A stretch of 64,000 nucleotides of DNA from Terrimicrobiaceae bacterium. Its GTDB lineage: Bacteria > Verrucomicrobiota > Verrucomicrobiia > Chthoniobacterales > Terrimicrobiaceae. Location of the stretch: NCBI GenBank assembly GCA_044342325.1, contig JBIIPZ010000012.1, forward strand, positions 9,354-73,353, in the 5' to 3' direction. A program made the position numbers and the translations under genes. A model generated the notes under the pieces. The model searched no databases, was not told the DNA's origin, and saw nothing but the letters and a program-made list of their open reading frames with translations. Shown here piece after piece: positions 1 to 9,951 of this stretch. How positions within the stretch are numbered: the stretch's first letter is position 1; each line of letters starts with the position of its first letter.

Positions 1-237
1 GATGACATCCGTTGCGCCGCGAATGTCCAGAAAGTCGCGGTGCACTTTCGCCATGGCGCGGGAGCCCAGAATGCTGATCTCGACACCCGACAGAGCAGCC
101 AGCTCAGCGTTGTTTTTTTTTGCGAGAGTGAGGCAGTGGGGAATGGCTGCCTCTGCCAGGCACTCCAGAAGCTCGCGATCGTAGGCAGTGGAGCGGGCGT
201 TGTGGGATAGAGATGTTTTCAGCAGCGGCGACCTCAC
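1..237 (-). CDS. ybeY: rRNA maturation endoribonuclease YbeY (N-terminal part; runs off the window)
   Basis: Manual minus-strand translation gives ...RAMAKVHRDFLDIRGATDVI (YbeY TDV motif). GTG start overlaps the stop of the HD gene. Fits phoH-HD-ybeY synteny. Confidence 0.85.
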   Translation of the reverse strand, partial: MRSPLLKTSLSHNARSTAYDRELLECLAEAAIPHCLTLAKKNNAELAALSGVEISILGSRAMAKVHRDFLDIRGATDVI

Positions 238-1814
238 GCAGCGGATTTTTGTTCGCGTTTTTCCGGTGTGGAGCGTTCCTCGCGTTTCGGGTAGGCGATG
301 CGAGCGTGGAGCATGTTGACGAGCGAGAAGCGGAAGCTGTCGGCGATTTTCCAGATCTCGGCGATGGTCAGAGGAGCCTCGTCGAGTTGTCCCTCATCGA
401 GTCGCGCTTTGATGATATTGCGGATGAGATCGTCGATGCGTTGTGGCGTGGGGCGGTCGAGACTGCGCGAGGCGCTTTCGATCGAGTCGGCGAGGCTCAC
501 GATGGCGGCCTCCTTCGTCTGCGGGCGGGGTCCGGGGTAGCGGAAACTCTCCTCGCTCACCTCGGGAATATCCTCCTCGCGCATGTTCATGATTTTTCCG
601 CCAAGGCGAGCATCCTCCTGTTGCTGCAGGGCACGCTGGTAGAAATACGAAACCATGGAGGTGCCGTGATGCTGGCTGATGACATCGATGATCTCGGCGT
701 TGAGCTTGTTTTTGAGGGCCAGATCCACGCCCTCCTTCACATGGGAGATGATAATGAGAGCACTCATCGTCGGAGTGAGGTCGTCGTGGGGATTCAAGCC
801 GTGGGGGATGTTTTCGGTGAAGTAGTGAGGTTTTACGACCTTGCCGATGTCGTGGAAATACGAGGCGACGCGGCAGATTGTGGGGTTCGCTCCGACGACT
901 TCTGCGGCGGCTTCCGAGAGGTTCGCGACGGCCAGGCTGTGATGGTAGGTGCCCGGTGCCTCAAGGCTGAGACGCTTGAGGAGCGGGTGGTTCAGGTCGC
1001 TCATCTCCAACCACGAGATGTCGGTGGTGATTTTGAAAACATGCTCGAGCATTGGCAGGATGCCGCTGACGACGATGGCTGTGGCAATGCCGGTGGCAAA
1101 GGCCGCCAAGCTCTGCCATCCAATCATGGCCCAGTCGGTCTGTGAGGGCACTTCCCAAATTACTGGGCCGATCTGGCCAAACGCGGCGGCGAGAATCCAA
1201 GTGGCGAGCCCCACATAGACACCGGCCCGCACGAGGCGACTGCGGCGACGGACTTGCAGCGTCACAAAAACACCGATGAAACCGGTGATCAGCGAAATCA
1301 CCAAAAACACCGGGTCGATGCGGCCGACAAGGAGCGAGCCCCAGAGGCTGGAAAAAACGGCGGCGTAGAGCCCGTGATTCCGCCCTAGGAGCACGGAGAG
1401 CACAAGAGGTGCGAAGGCGTAGGGAATCAGAAGCGGAGCGAGTTGGAGGTCGAGTGATCCTGCAGCGGCCTGACTGAGGAGGATTTTGATGACAGCCAAC
1501 TGCGCGAGTAATGTTCCCAACACGAGGCAGAGGAGGGAATTTTGCCGAAATGTCTGGGGATGGTTGATCCAGAGTTGCGCAACAGCCGTGGCAAAAATGA
1601 GCAGGCAGAGCAGGAACTTTTTGGCGGGTTCATCCTGCTGGCCAGTGAAAATGAGCGCCGCGAGGCCGAAGATGAAAGCGGCGAGCAGAACGGCACGGAT
1701 CGGCCAGCCATTTTGAAGGGCAGAGAGAAAATTGCTCTCCTCGACCTGACGACGCCGCTTGCTGGAGGAAAGCCCCTTCCAGACGAGTCGCCAGCGTTTG
1801 AAGATTCCGAACAT
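234..1814 (-). CDS. 7TM HD-family phosphohydrolase (PgpH-like cyclic-di-AMP phosphodiesterase)
   Basis: Multiple TM segments followed by APGTYHHS, YFHDIGK, SHVKEG, HHGT and LADSIES motifs. Confidence 0.9.
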   Translation of the reverse strand: MFGIFKRWRLVWKGLSSSKRRRQVEESNFLSALQNGWPIRAVLLAAFIFGLAALIFTGQQDEPAKKFLLCLLIFATAVAQLWINHPQTFRQNSLLCLVLGTLLAQLAVIKILLSQAAAGSLDLQLAPLLIPYAFAPLVLSVLLGRNHGLYAAVFSSLWGSLLVGRIDPVFLVISLITGFIGVFVTLQVRRRSRLVRAGVYVGLATWILAAAFGQIGPVIWEVPSQTDWAMIGWQSLAAFATGIATAIVVSGILPMLEHVFKITTDISWLEMSDLNHPLLKRLSLEAPGTYHHSLAVANLSEAAAEVVGANPTICRVASYFHDIGKVVKPHYFTENIPHGLNPHDDLTPTMSALIIISHVKEGVDLALKNKLNAEIIDVISQHHGTSMVSYFYQRALQQQEDARLGGKIMNMREEDIPEVSEESFRYPGPRPQTKEAAIVSLADSIESASRSLDRPTPQRIDDLIRNIIKARLDEGQLDEAPLTIAEIWKIADSFRFSLVNMLHARIAYPKREERSTPEKREQKSAA

Positions 1815-1815
1815 T

Positions 1816-2787
1816 TTAGATTCTGCTTTCCCGTGAGCCCCGGTGGTTTTTGTAGGCCAGGATCACGGCCTGGACGAGTGGATGCCGCACGACATCCTTC
1901 TCGGTGAAAAAGTGCATTCCTATGCCATCGACATCCCTGAGTGCGGCGACGGCTTCTACAAGGCCGCTGAGCTTGTTTCGTGGAAGATCAATCTGTGTGA
2001 CATCTCCCGTCACCACGCAGCGAGAGCCAAGGCCGAGGCGGGTAAGGAACATGAGCATCTGCTCGGCGGTGGTGTTTTGAGCTTCGTCGAGGATGACAAA
2101 AGACCCGCTCAAGGTGCGTCCGCGCATGTAGGCGAGCGGAGCGATTTCGATGATGTTTTTATCCATGAGCTTCTGCAGCTCATCCGGCTCCAGAAGGTCG
2201 TGCAGCGCATCGTAGAGAGGACGCAGATAGGGAAGAATTTTTTCCTGCAGGTCACCGGGCAGGAAACCCAGAGCCTCGCCTGCTTCGACGGCTGGCCTGG
2301 TGAGAATGAGTCGTTTCACTTTTTCCTGCTTGAGAGCGGCTACGGCGGATGCCACAGCAAGGTAGGTTTTTCCGGTTCCTGCTGGGCCGACGCCGAAAGT
2401 GATGTCGTGGGACTGGATCGCCTGAACATAGGTTTTTTGTCCAGCGGTGCGAGGGACGACCGGGGGCTTGCGTGGGGAGCACTGGATACGGATATCAATG
2501 AGGCTGGCGAGGGATTCTGCAGAGCCTGGCCCCTTTGAAGCCTCCAAAGCGTGCTCGAATTCTTGGCGATGGATGGTGATGCCCCGCTTGACGGCGGCAT
2601 GGAGTTGCTCGAGGGCATCGCGCGCACGCTCGACTGCAACCTTTTCGCCCTCCACGCGAATCCATCCATCGCGCGCGGTGATGCGGACTTCGAGGCGATG
2701 TTCCAACTCGTGGAGCAGCTTGGGGTCGCCTCCGTAAACGGCCTGCGCGGTGCGGGCGTTCTCGAATTCCAGCGTGAGGGTTTCCAT
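1816..2787 (-). CDS. phoH: PhoH family ATPase
   Basis: GPAGTGKTYLA, RPAVEAGE, LAYMRGRTL, DEAQN, GDVTQIDL, VRHPLV. Confidence 0.95.
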   Translation of the reverse strand: METLTLEFENARTAQAVYGGDPKLLHELEHRLEVRITARDGWIRVEGEKVAVERARDALEQLHAAVKRGITIHRQEFEHALEASKGPGSAESLASLIDIRIQCSPRKPPVVPRTAGQKTYVQAIQSHDITFGVGPAGTGKTYLAVASAVAALKQEKVKRLILTRPAVEAGEALGFLPGDLQEKILPYLRPLYDALHDLLEPDELQKLMDKNIIEIAPLAYMRGRTLSGSFVILDEAQNTTAEQMLMFLTRLGLGSRCVVTGDVTQIDLPRNKLSGLVEAVAALRDVDGIGMHFFTEKDVVRHPLVQAVILAYKNHRGSRESRI

Positions 2788-2793
2788 CGAGAA

Positions 2794-3216
2794 CTACTTG
2801 TAGGCGTAAACCAACGCCCAGCCCGTGCGCTCTTCAGGAGATTTGTGAACGGTCACGATGGCGTAGTAGGTGCCGGTGCGCGGTGGCTCAACACGCACGG
2901 CGGAGAGGCGTCCCGCGCGGGTGGTCTCGACATTGATGAGGTTGCCTTTGGAGTCGTAGATATTTACTGAGAGCACGGCGCCCTTCACATCAGTGCCAAG
3001 GCAGAACCAATACTCATTGCCCTTGAAAAGCTGTGCCTGCACGGCTTGCTGATCCTTTACACCCAGGTCCCCTCCCCATGCGTCTTCGCGGACGCTGAAG
3101 CCCTTCTTCACATAGGGCGATGCGGCCTCGTAGGCGAAGGAAAGGGCATCATCCACATAGGCCCACGCTGTGGCGGCCATCAAGAGAGTGAGCAGTAATG
3201 AGAGAGCTTTTTTCAC
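2794..3216 (-). CDS. Secreted hypothetical protein, small beta-sandwich (PPC-like)
   Basis: Signal peptide (V/M)KKALSLLL...AWA; PPRTGTYY motif; GTG start chosen. Confidence 0.65.
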   Translation of the reverse strand: MKKALSLLLTLLMAATAWAYVDDALSFAYEAASPYVKKGFSVREDAWGGDLGVKDQQAVQAQLFKGNEYWFCLGTDVKGAVLSVNIYDSKGNLINVETTRAGRLSAVRVEPPRTGTYYAIVTVHKSPEERTGWALVYAYK

Positions 3217-3223
3217 GGTGGTC

Positions 3224-4045
3224 TCAGGCTCCCTTGGAGGCAATGGCTGCGACGGTATCGCGCGTCATCTTGTGAATACGGGTGACATTCTCGGAGGGAA
3301 TGGCATCACCCTCGCCGTCTCCGATCAAAGGCGCGATAGCAGCGAGGAGCTTGCGGATACGATCCACGAGATCGTCCTCGGCGAGGCGTTTGTTCGAGAG
3401 GTTATCGAGTTTTTTGGTGAAAAAACTCACCAATGCGGGCTGATGAAGAAGCTCGGCCGAGTCGGTGGTGTAGTTTTTGCGGATGATCGAAGTCAGAACC
3501 TCCGTGCCACGAATCCAACCGCCCACGCTCACGAGCTGGGCGAGGTCGTCGTCACCGAGTTCCAGCATAGCGTCCTTCACATCGCTGAGTGCTCCGTCGA
3601 ATTCCTTGCGGACGGCGAGCCAATCCTTCACCTCCGCCTTGTCAGTGATGCTTTTGCTTCGCTCGAGAACGGCTTTTTCGACATTGATAGCCTTGGAGAG
3701 TGTCAGCACGCGGCGGCCGATGTCTTTCACCTTCTCGGAATCCTCGGCTTCCACAGCTACGAAACCCTCAGCGATCACGGTGCCGAGCAGAAGGGCCACT
3801 TGAGCACGATTGCCACTCTGCCGCCCCAACGAGTCGCGCAATTCCGAGCGCCAGTTGGGATTTCCCAGCTTATCGAGGACGATAAAAACCTCACTCGGCA
3901 CGGGAACCACGACATCGTCAATCGACTGGGCGGGAAATGAGGAGAGGTCCACCGCCTCGGGTGGCTTCTGCGCGTGAAGCGGGGTGGTGGCAGCGGCAAG
4001 AAGACCAGCGGCCAGCACCGCGTTCAGAATGTTCGGCATTTTCAA
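3224..4045 (-). CDS. Secreted alpha-helical hypothetical protein
   Basis: 273-aa ORF with signal peptide ending LHA, co-oriented with the phoH operon. Confidence 0.7.
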   Translation of the reverse strand: MKMPNILNAVLAAGLLAAATTPLHAQKPPEAVDLSSFPAQSIDDVVVPVPSEVFIVLDKLGNPNWRSELRDSLGRQSGNRAQVALLLGTVIAEGFVAVEAEDSEKVKDIGRRVLTLSKAINVEKAVLERSKSITDKAEVKDWLAVRKEFDGALSDVKDAMLELGDDDLAQLVSVGGWIRGTEVLTSIIRKNYTTDSAELLHQPALVSFFTKKLDNLSNKRLAEDDLVDRIRKLLAAIAPLIGDGEGDAIPSENVTRIHKMTRDTVAAIASKGA

Positions 4046-4102
4046 AATTTCGGCTTTGTTGTGCGTGTGAGGTCGGTTTAGAACTCACACCTACAAATTG
4101 GA

Positions 4103-5107
4103 ATGAATCGCGATAGATTACAACATCTTCTTACGGCCGCCTCCTCGCGCAAGCTCCTCGTCGTGGGCGATGTGATGCTCGACGAATTCGTATGGGGACG
4201 CGTTTCCCGCATCTCACCGGAGGCCCCGGTGCCGGTGGTGGAGGTGGAAAAGGAAACCTCCTATCCCGGTGGCGCAGCGAATGTGGCCCGCAATCTGCGC
4301 CCCTTCTGCGCCGGCGTCCACTTGTGCGGGCTCGTCGGAGAGGATGTCCATGCCGGTCGGCTCCGGGAGTTGCTTGCGGAGGAGTTGATATCCACCGACG
4401 CCCTCGTGGCCGATGCCGGCCGCTCGACTATCGTTAAAACCCGCATCGTCGCCCGCCAGCAGCAGGTCGTGAGGGTGGACCGCGAGCGCCGCGCGAAGGT
4501 CTCCACCGAAGTGCTCGAACGCTCATGCGCCGCCATCGCCGACATCCTACCGACGGTGGATGCCGTGATTTTCGAAGACTATGGAAAAGGCTTCCTCGGG
4601 CAGGCGTTGAAGGACCGCGTCACCGAAATGGCCCGCAGCGCCGGCAAATACATCTCAGCCGACCCGAATCCCACCAATCCCCTCGACTGGCAAGGAGTGG
4701 ATCTTCTCAAGCCCAACCGCTCCGAAGCCTTCGCCATGGCAGGAATCTCGGATAACGGCGCCGGACCGAATCCCCTCGCCGACGCCCCCCTGCTCGAAGT
4801 CGGCGGCATTCTTTTGAAAAAATGGGATCTCCCCGCCTTGCTGGTGACCTTGGGTGAACACGGTATGATTTTGTTCCAGCGGGGCGAGGCTCCGTATCAC
4901 ACGCCGACCCGTGCGCGCGAGGTTTTCGATGTCTCTGGCGCAGGCGACACGGCGATTGCCCTACACACGCTCGCTGTCTGTGCGGGGGCAACGCCCAGCG
5001 AGGCCGCTGAAATTTCCAACCACGCCAGCGGCGTCGTCGTCGCCAAACTCGGCACGGCCACCCTCACCGCTGAGGAACTCCTCCACGCCTTTTCCAAAAA
5101 TGCCTAA
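4103..5107 (+). CDS. rfaE1: D-glycero-beta-D-manno-heptose-7-phosphate kinase (RfaE/HldE domain I only)
   Basis: VGDVMLDEF, RISPEAPVPVV, GGAANVA, DVSGAGDT (PfkB family). Confidence 0.92.
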   Translation: MNRDRLQHLLTAASSRKLLVVGDVMLDEFVWGRVSRISPEAPVPVVEVEKETSYPGGAANVARNLRPFCAGVHLCGLVGEDVHAGRLRELLAEELISTDALVADAGRSTIVKTRIVARQQQVVRVDRERRAKVSTEVLERSCAAIADILPTVDAVIFEDYGKGFLGQALKDRVTEMARSAGKYISADPNPTNPLDWQGVDLLKPNRSEAFAMAGISDNGAGPNPLADAPLLEVGGILLKKWDLPALLVTLGEHGMILFQRGEAPYHTPTRAREVFDVSGAGDTAIALHTLAVCAGATPSEAAEISNHASGVVVAKLGTATLTAEELLHAFSKNA

Positions 5108-5627
5108 GCGCCGAGCCATCTTCCTCGACCGCGATGGCACACTCATGGAGGAGGTGAACTACTGCAACGACCCCGCCACCGTGCAGGCCATACCGGGAGC
5201 TGGGGAAACACTCGCCCTCCTGCGCGAACAAGGCTGGCTGACCGTCATCGTCACCAACCAAAGCGGCCTCGCCAAAGGCTTCATCACTCCCGCTCAATAC
5301 GAAGCCGTTAATGCTGAGTTGCTCCGCCAACTCGGAGGCGGCATCGACGCCATTTACTTCTGCCCAGACCACCCGGACCAACCCACCGAACGCCGGAAAC
5401 CAAAACCCGGCATGCTCCTCGAAGCCGCCGCAGACCTCGAGATCGACCTCTCCGGCAGCTGGATGATCGGCGACAAACCCATCGATGTGGAGTGCGGCCG
5501 CGACGCCGGCTGCCGCACCATACTCGTGAGAACCGGCTACGGATCAGCGCAATCCAATACAAACGCGGACTTTGCGATGAAGGATGTCACAGAAGCCCTG
5601 CAACATATCATCGGGCTGGGCGAGTAG
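5100..5627 (+). CDS. gmhB: D-glycero-D-manno-heptose 1,7-bisphosphate phosphatase
   Basis: FLDRDGTL, VTNQSG, RKPKPGML, MIGDK; ATG at 5100 overlaps the upstream stop. Confidence 0.9.
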   Translation: MPKRRAIFLDRDGTLMEEVNYCNDPATVQAIPGAGETLALLREQGWLTVIVTNQSGLAKGFITPAQYEAVNAELLRQLGGGIDAIYFCPDHPDQPTERRKPKPGMLLEAAADLEIDLSGSWMIGDKPIDVECGRDAGCRTILVRTGYGSAQSNTNADFAMKDVTEALQHIIGLGE

Positions 5628-5780
5628 GCTGCAATTCATTCGTCAGCAATCGGAATAGCCTCGTTTAACTCGAGCGTTTCACGCCGCACCTCGGAGGTAT
5701 AGGCGGCAAGCACATCTTGATAAAACGGTTTGACCTGAGAGGAAGGATGTTCCATCTCACTCTCGATTTCACCGTCGATG

Positions 5781-6347
5781 TTATTCCTTTTCAAGGCCCG
5801 GCTCGACGAGTTCACAGATGGTGTGGAGGAGGAATTTGTGGGCTTCTTGGATGCGGGCTGTGACTGTGCCGGCGACATGGATTTCGATGTCGGCGGCGCC
5901 TTTGGTGAATCCGCCGCCTTTTCCGAGAAGAACGATGCTTCGCATGCCGATTCGTTTCGCTTCTTCGATGGCGGAGAGCACATTACGCGACTTGCCGCTC
6001 GTGGAAAGCCCGATGAAGACATCCCCCGCTTTGCCAAAAGCGCGAACTTGGCGGGCGAAGATGTCTTGGAAGGCGTAGTCGTTGCCGATGGCAGTGAGGA
6101 GTCCCCCGTCGGAGCTCAGGGCGATGGCGGGATAGGGGCGGCGGTCGCCTTGGAAGCGGCAGGTGAATTCGGTGGCGATGTGCCCACTGTCGGCTGCGCT
6201 GCCGCCGTTGCCGCAGATGAGAAGTTTACCGCCGGATTTGAGACAGGCGAGAACGAGATCAGCGGCTTCGGTGATTTTTGGTTCGAGCTGGCGGAGGGAT
6301 TGGAAGGTCTCCAAGGCGCCGTCGAGGGACTGCGTGAATTGACTCAT
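5781..6347 (-). CDS. gmhA: Phosphoheptose isomerase (SIS domain)
   Basis: CGNGGSAADS, AIGNDY, STSGKS, RIQEAH. Confidence 0.93.
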   Translation of the reverse strand: MSQFTQSLDGALETFQSLRQLEPKITEAADLVLACLKSGGKLLICGNGGSAADSGHIATEFTCRFQGDRRPYPAIALSSDGGLLTAIGNDYAFQDIFARQVRAFGKAGDVFIGLSTSGKSRNVLSAIEEAKRIGMRSIVLLGKGGGFTKGAADIEIHVAGTVTARIQEAHKFLLHTICELVEPGLEKE

Positions 6348-6859
6348 GAAGGGGAAAGCGCCTTCTCAACGGACAACTCAGGGCGCGTCGCAAGCAGCCC
6401 GCTGAGAGTCGTCCACCCCTGCGAATCCATGCCGCTGAACAGGTGCAGATACACAAAAACTGAAGGCGCGGGGTATTTTGAAATCAACAAATCCACAGCC
6501 TTCGCGACCTTGTCGGCAGAAGGTTCGGACGGCAAATCATCGATGAGACCTTTGCCATTGTGGGCGATATCCAAAGCGTCGAGAAAATCACAGACCATGC
6601 GCTCGTTGCAGCCGAGCGTCCAAACTTGGAGAATTTCGAGCGCGAGATCGGCATTCGCTGGGCGGGACAAGGATTCCTTGATCCACTGGTTGCGTTCGTC
6701 CTTGGGCTTGCGCTCCACAAACACGGCGCGGAGCTTGCGGCGGGTGGCCAGCATTCCTGCGGCGCTCTTGTAGGCATTGCGGTCGTTTTCGGCGAGCCAG
6801 TTCAAGACTTCACCGGCTTGGTTGCCGTTCAAACGGCCAAAAATTTCTGTCGCGGTCAT
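6344..6859 (-). CDS. Hypothetical protein
   Basis: ORF between glgE and gmhA with a coupled stop/start (ATGA overlap). Confidence 0.7.
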   Translation of the reverse strand: MTATEIFGRLNGNQAGEVLNWLAENDRNAYKSAAGMLATRRKLRAVFVERKPKDERNQWIKESLSRPANADLALEILQVWTLGCNERMVCDFLDALDIAHNGKGLIDDLPSEPSADKVAKAVDLLISKYPAPSVFVYLHLFSGMDSQGWTTLSGLLATRPELSVEKALSPS

Positions 6860-6919
6860 GAGTTTGTTATTTTCGGGGTTCGGGAGCCGGCAAGTCAAGC
6901 CATCCCCCGTGTTCAAAAT

Positions 6920-8917
6920 CTACGCAAAGACGACCTCGCCAAGTTCGCGGCCGATGGCGCGGCGGACGCGGAAGACATGGGCGGGTCGGTGGTGGGGATC
7001 GAGCGCGATGAAGTTCCGGGCACCCCGCCAGTGGAATTTCTCACCGGTGAGGAGATCCTCCATCACATATTCCTCGTCGGTGCCAATACCGAATTGCTCG
7101 AGCGGGATGTGGACAAACGCGCTTTGCGGATTCCATGGATCGACCGTCACCACGACGAGGATGAGGTTGTTGAGGGCGGCGGTGGATTTGCTGAAGCAGA
7201 GGACTTGGTCATTCTCGGCATTGTGGATGCGGAGGTTATCGTATTCGCGCAGGGCGCGGTTGTCGCGGCGGATGTGGTTGAGGCGGGTTATGTAGTCCTT
7301 GATATTCCCCGGCGCGTTCCAGTCGCGGCCTTTAAACTGGTATTTCTCGGAGTCGATATACTCCTCTTTGCCGGGAACGGCAGCGTTCTCGCAGAGCTCG
7401 AATCCGCTGTAGATGCCGTAAACAGGCACGGTCATGGCAGCCAGGACGGCACGGATCAAGAAGGCCGGACGCCCACCATGCTGGAGATACTCGGGGAGGA
7501 TGTCAGGAGTGTTGGCAAAGAAGTTCGCACGGAAAAAGTCACGCATTGGGTGCGTGGTGAGTTCGGTGAGATACTCTGCCAGCTCGTTCTTAGTGTTTCT
7601 CCACGTGAAATAGGTGTAGCTCTGCGTGAAGCCAACCTTTGCCAGCTCCTGCATCATTTTCGGGCGGGTGAATGCCTCGCTCAGGAAGACGGTGCCGGGG
7701 AATTTGGCCTTCACCTCGGCGATGACCCATTCCCAGAAAGCGACGGGTTTTGTGTGGGGATTGTCGACGCGGAAAATGCCCACACCGTGCTCGCACCAGA
7801 AAAGGATGACATCGCGGAGTTCGTCCCAGAGTTCGCGCCAGTTCGCATTGTGGAAATTCAGCGGATACACATCCTCGTATTTCTTGGGCGGGTTCTCGGC
7901 ATACTTGATCGAGCCGTCGGGGCGCTTGAAAAACCACTCTGGATGCGCGTGCACATAGGGATGGTCGGGCGAGCAGTTGATCGCAAAATCAAGGGCGATC
8001 TCCATGCCCCGCTTGCGGATTTCGGCAACGAGCCAGTCGAAGTCCTCCAGCGTGCCCAGCTCAGGCGCGACATCCTTGTGTCCACCACCGTTAACGCCCT
8101 GCTTGTTGTTGCCGATGGCATAAGGCACACCGGGTTCTCCAGGTTCGCATTTGAGAGAGTTGTTCCGCCCTTTGCGGTTGCTGGTGCCAATCGGATGGAT
8201 CGGCGGGAAATAAATGACATCGAAGCCCATCGCCTTGGCGTCATCAACACGAGGCAGGCACTGACGGAATGTCGAACCCGAGTCCGCCTTGCCCTCCGCA
8301 GAACGGGGAAAAAACTCATACCAGGCGGCAAAGGCAGCGCGCTCTCGATCCACCCACACCGGGTGAAATGGCTCTGCAATCGTGGCCAACGAGCGGTCGG
8401 CATACACGCGCATGAGGGCGCACAGTGAGGGATCATGCGCGAGGTCATGGGCCTGCTGCGCATCAGCCACCCGCATGGCGGCTCCAGTTTTTTTCAAAGC
8501 CTCGCCATCGGAAGTCTTGCACGCACGGGCGGCTGCCGACTCGATGAATGCGGCTCCTTCGAGAATCTCGCTCTGGAGTTCGCGGAGTCCGGCGGCAAAT
8601 TTTTTCTCCAACTCGTGCTGCCAGGAAAAAAACACATCCCCCCATGCCTCGATGGTGTATTCCCAGGCCCCCTCGGCCGTGACGCAGAGAGTGGCGGTCC
8701 ATCTGTCGTTTTGAATCGGTCGCATGGGCGTTTCATTCCAAGCCTTCTCGCCCACGCGGCGCCATTTGAGGATCGCGGACACCTCGTCGTGCCCCTCCTT
8801 GAAAATGTCCGCTTCCACCGTGATCTCGCCACCCACCGGGCGCTTGATAGCAAAACGGGCGTTGTCCAATGAGGGAGTGATGCGTCGAATGACGACTGTT
8901 TCAGGGCTTTTTGTCAT
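6920..8917 (-). CDS. glgE: Alpha-1,4-glucan:maltose-1-phosphate maltosyltransferase (GH13_3)
   Basis: WYEFFPRS, PPIHPIG, RKGRNN, YAENPPKKYED, FRVDNPHTKP, LSEAFTRP, NTPDIL. Confidence 0.95.
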   Translation of the reverse strand: MTKSPETVVIRRITPSLDNARFAIKRPVGGEITVEADIFKEGHDEVSAILKWRRVGEKAWNETPMRPIQNDRWTATLCVTAEGAWEYTIEAWGDVFFSWQHELEKKFAAGLRELQSEILEGAAFIESAAARACKTSDGEALKKTGAAMRVADAQQAHDLAHDPSLCALMRVYADRSLATIAEPFHPVWVDRERAAFAAWYEFFPRSAEGKADSGSTFRQCLPRVDDAKAMGFDVIYFPPIHPIGTSNRKGRNNSLKCEPGEPGVPYAIGNNKQGVNGGGHKDVAPELGTLEDFDWLVAEIRKRGMEIALDFAINCSPDHPYVHAHPEWFFKRPDGSIKYAENPPKKYEDVYPLNFHNANWRELWDELRDVILFWCEHGVGIFRVDNPHTKPVAFWEWVIAEVKAKFPGTVFLSEAFTRPKMMQELAKVGFTQSYTYFTWRNTKNELAEYLTELTTHPMRDFFRANFFANTPDILPEYLQHGGRPAFLIRAVLAAMTVPVYGIYSGFELCENAAVPGKEEYIDSEKYQFKGRDWNAPGNIKDYITRLNHIRRDNRALREYDNLRIHNAENDQVLCFSKSTAALNNLILVVVTVDPWNPQSAFVHIPLEQFGIGTDEEYVMEDLLTGEKFHWRGARNFIALDPHHRPAHVFRVRRAIGRELGEVVFA

Positions 8918-9903
8918 GTCAGGGAGTTGAGTTTTTTAACCAACGGAACGAGTCCATCAAGTGTGGAGGCGACTTCGAGGAGGGAGCGCAATGCGACCGG
9001 CGTGTGGGCGAGAAAATCGGGGCGGTTTTTTTTGAGGCCAAGAAATCCGTAGGCACCGAGGGCCTGCATGAGACGCTGCAGGGCGCACCAGCGGAAGACC
9101 TCGTCGAAATCGGAATCGACGGGGGTGCCGTTTTGCTCCAGGCGTTTTTTGTAGAAAGCGAGCAACTCGCAACGCTCATCGGAGGTGAGCGCGACATAGG
9201 GATCGTAGAGCAGGGAGGCGAGGTCGTATTGGGCGAGCCCATAGCGCATGCCTTGAAAATCGATGAGCCAAGCCGTGCCCTCGTTGATCATGACATTCTG
9301 CGACTGGAAATCCCGGTGCACGAGGACGCGTGGACGGGCGGAAAGAGCCTCAGCAGCTCCGCGCAGGGCGGGAAGAGCCGCCAACTCGGCGAGTTCGGAA
9401 TCGGATGTTTGGAAATAATTTCCCAGACAGTTTTCAAAAAAATACCCCTGTTCCCAAAGGTAGAGGTCGGTATCAAAGACACGCTCCAAGCGTAAATCCG
9501 CACCGGGCGCCAACTCCGTCGCCTGCGTGTGCATGCGCAAGACGCCATCGAGGGTGGATTCATAGAGAGCGCGCCGGGGTGTCCAGGGAGCGTTTCGGAA
9601 GCTCCACAGATCCTGTTCACCGAGATCCTGCATCCAAATCAACCCCTCCTCCGGATCGTGATGGTGAATCTCAGGAACCGGCACGCCTGCACCATTTAGG
9701 AAACGAGCTATGTCCACATAGTGGCGGTTTTCCTCTTTGTGGCCGGAGTATTTGACAAAGATCATCGACTCGTCGCCGAATCGAATGCGGTAGAACTTTC
9801 GCTCGGATCCGCCTTTTTCAAGCGGAGTCACTGCCGCGTTGCCGTTTCCCGTTTTTGGAAAGCGTTCGTTCGTTAGGGAAATGACATCGGCTTCGGCAAT
9901 CAT
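8914..9903 (-). CDS. APH-fold phosphotransferase, AmgK-like anomeric sugar kinase
   Basis: GGSERKFYRI, QDLG, HRDFQSQNVM, IDFQG, YDLASLLYDPY, QRLMQALGAYGFL. Confidence 0.85.
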   Translation of the reverse strand: MIAEADVISLTNERFPKTGNGNAAVTPLEKGGSERKFYRIRFGDESMIFVKYSGHKEENRHYVDIARFLNGAGVPVPEIHHHDPEEGLIWMQDLGEQDLWSFRNAPWTPRRALYESTLDGVLRMHTQATELAPGADLRLERVFDTDLYLWEQGYFFENCLGNYFQTSDSELAELAALPALRGAAEALSARPRVLVHRDFQSQNVMINEGTAWLIDFQGMRYGLAQYDLASLLYDPYVALTSDERCELLAFYKKRLEQNGTPVDSDFDEVFRWCALQRLMQALGAYGFLGLKKNRPDFLAHTPVALRSLLEVASTLDGLVPLVKKLNSLT

Positions 9904-9951
9904 GGATGGACGCAAACTCAACACCCCCACCCGCCTCGTGGGAAGCCCAAA

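Noticed and set aside
5636..5755. 39-aa ORF after gmhA
   Set aside because: No recognisable motif; cannot be supported without homology or expression data.
6560..8428. Long plus-strand ORF (622 aa) and similar antisense ORFs (e.g. 9976-11448, 51218-52666)
   Set aside because: Shadow frames opposite well-supported genes in GC-rich DNA.
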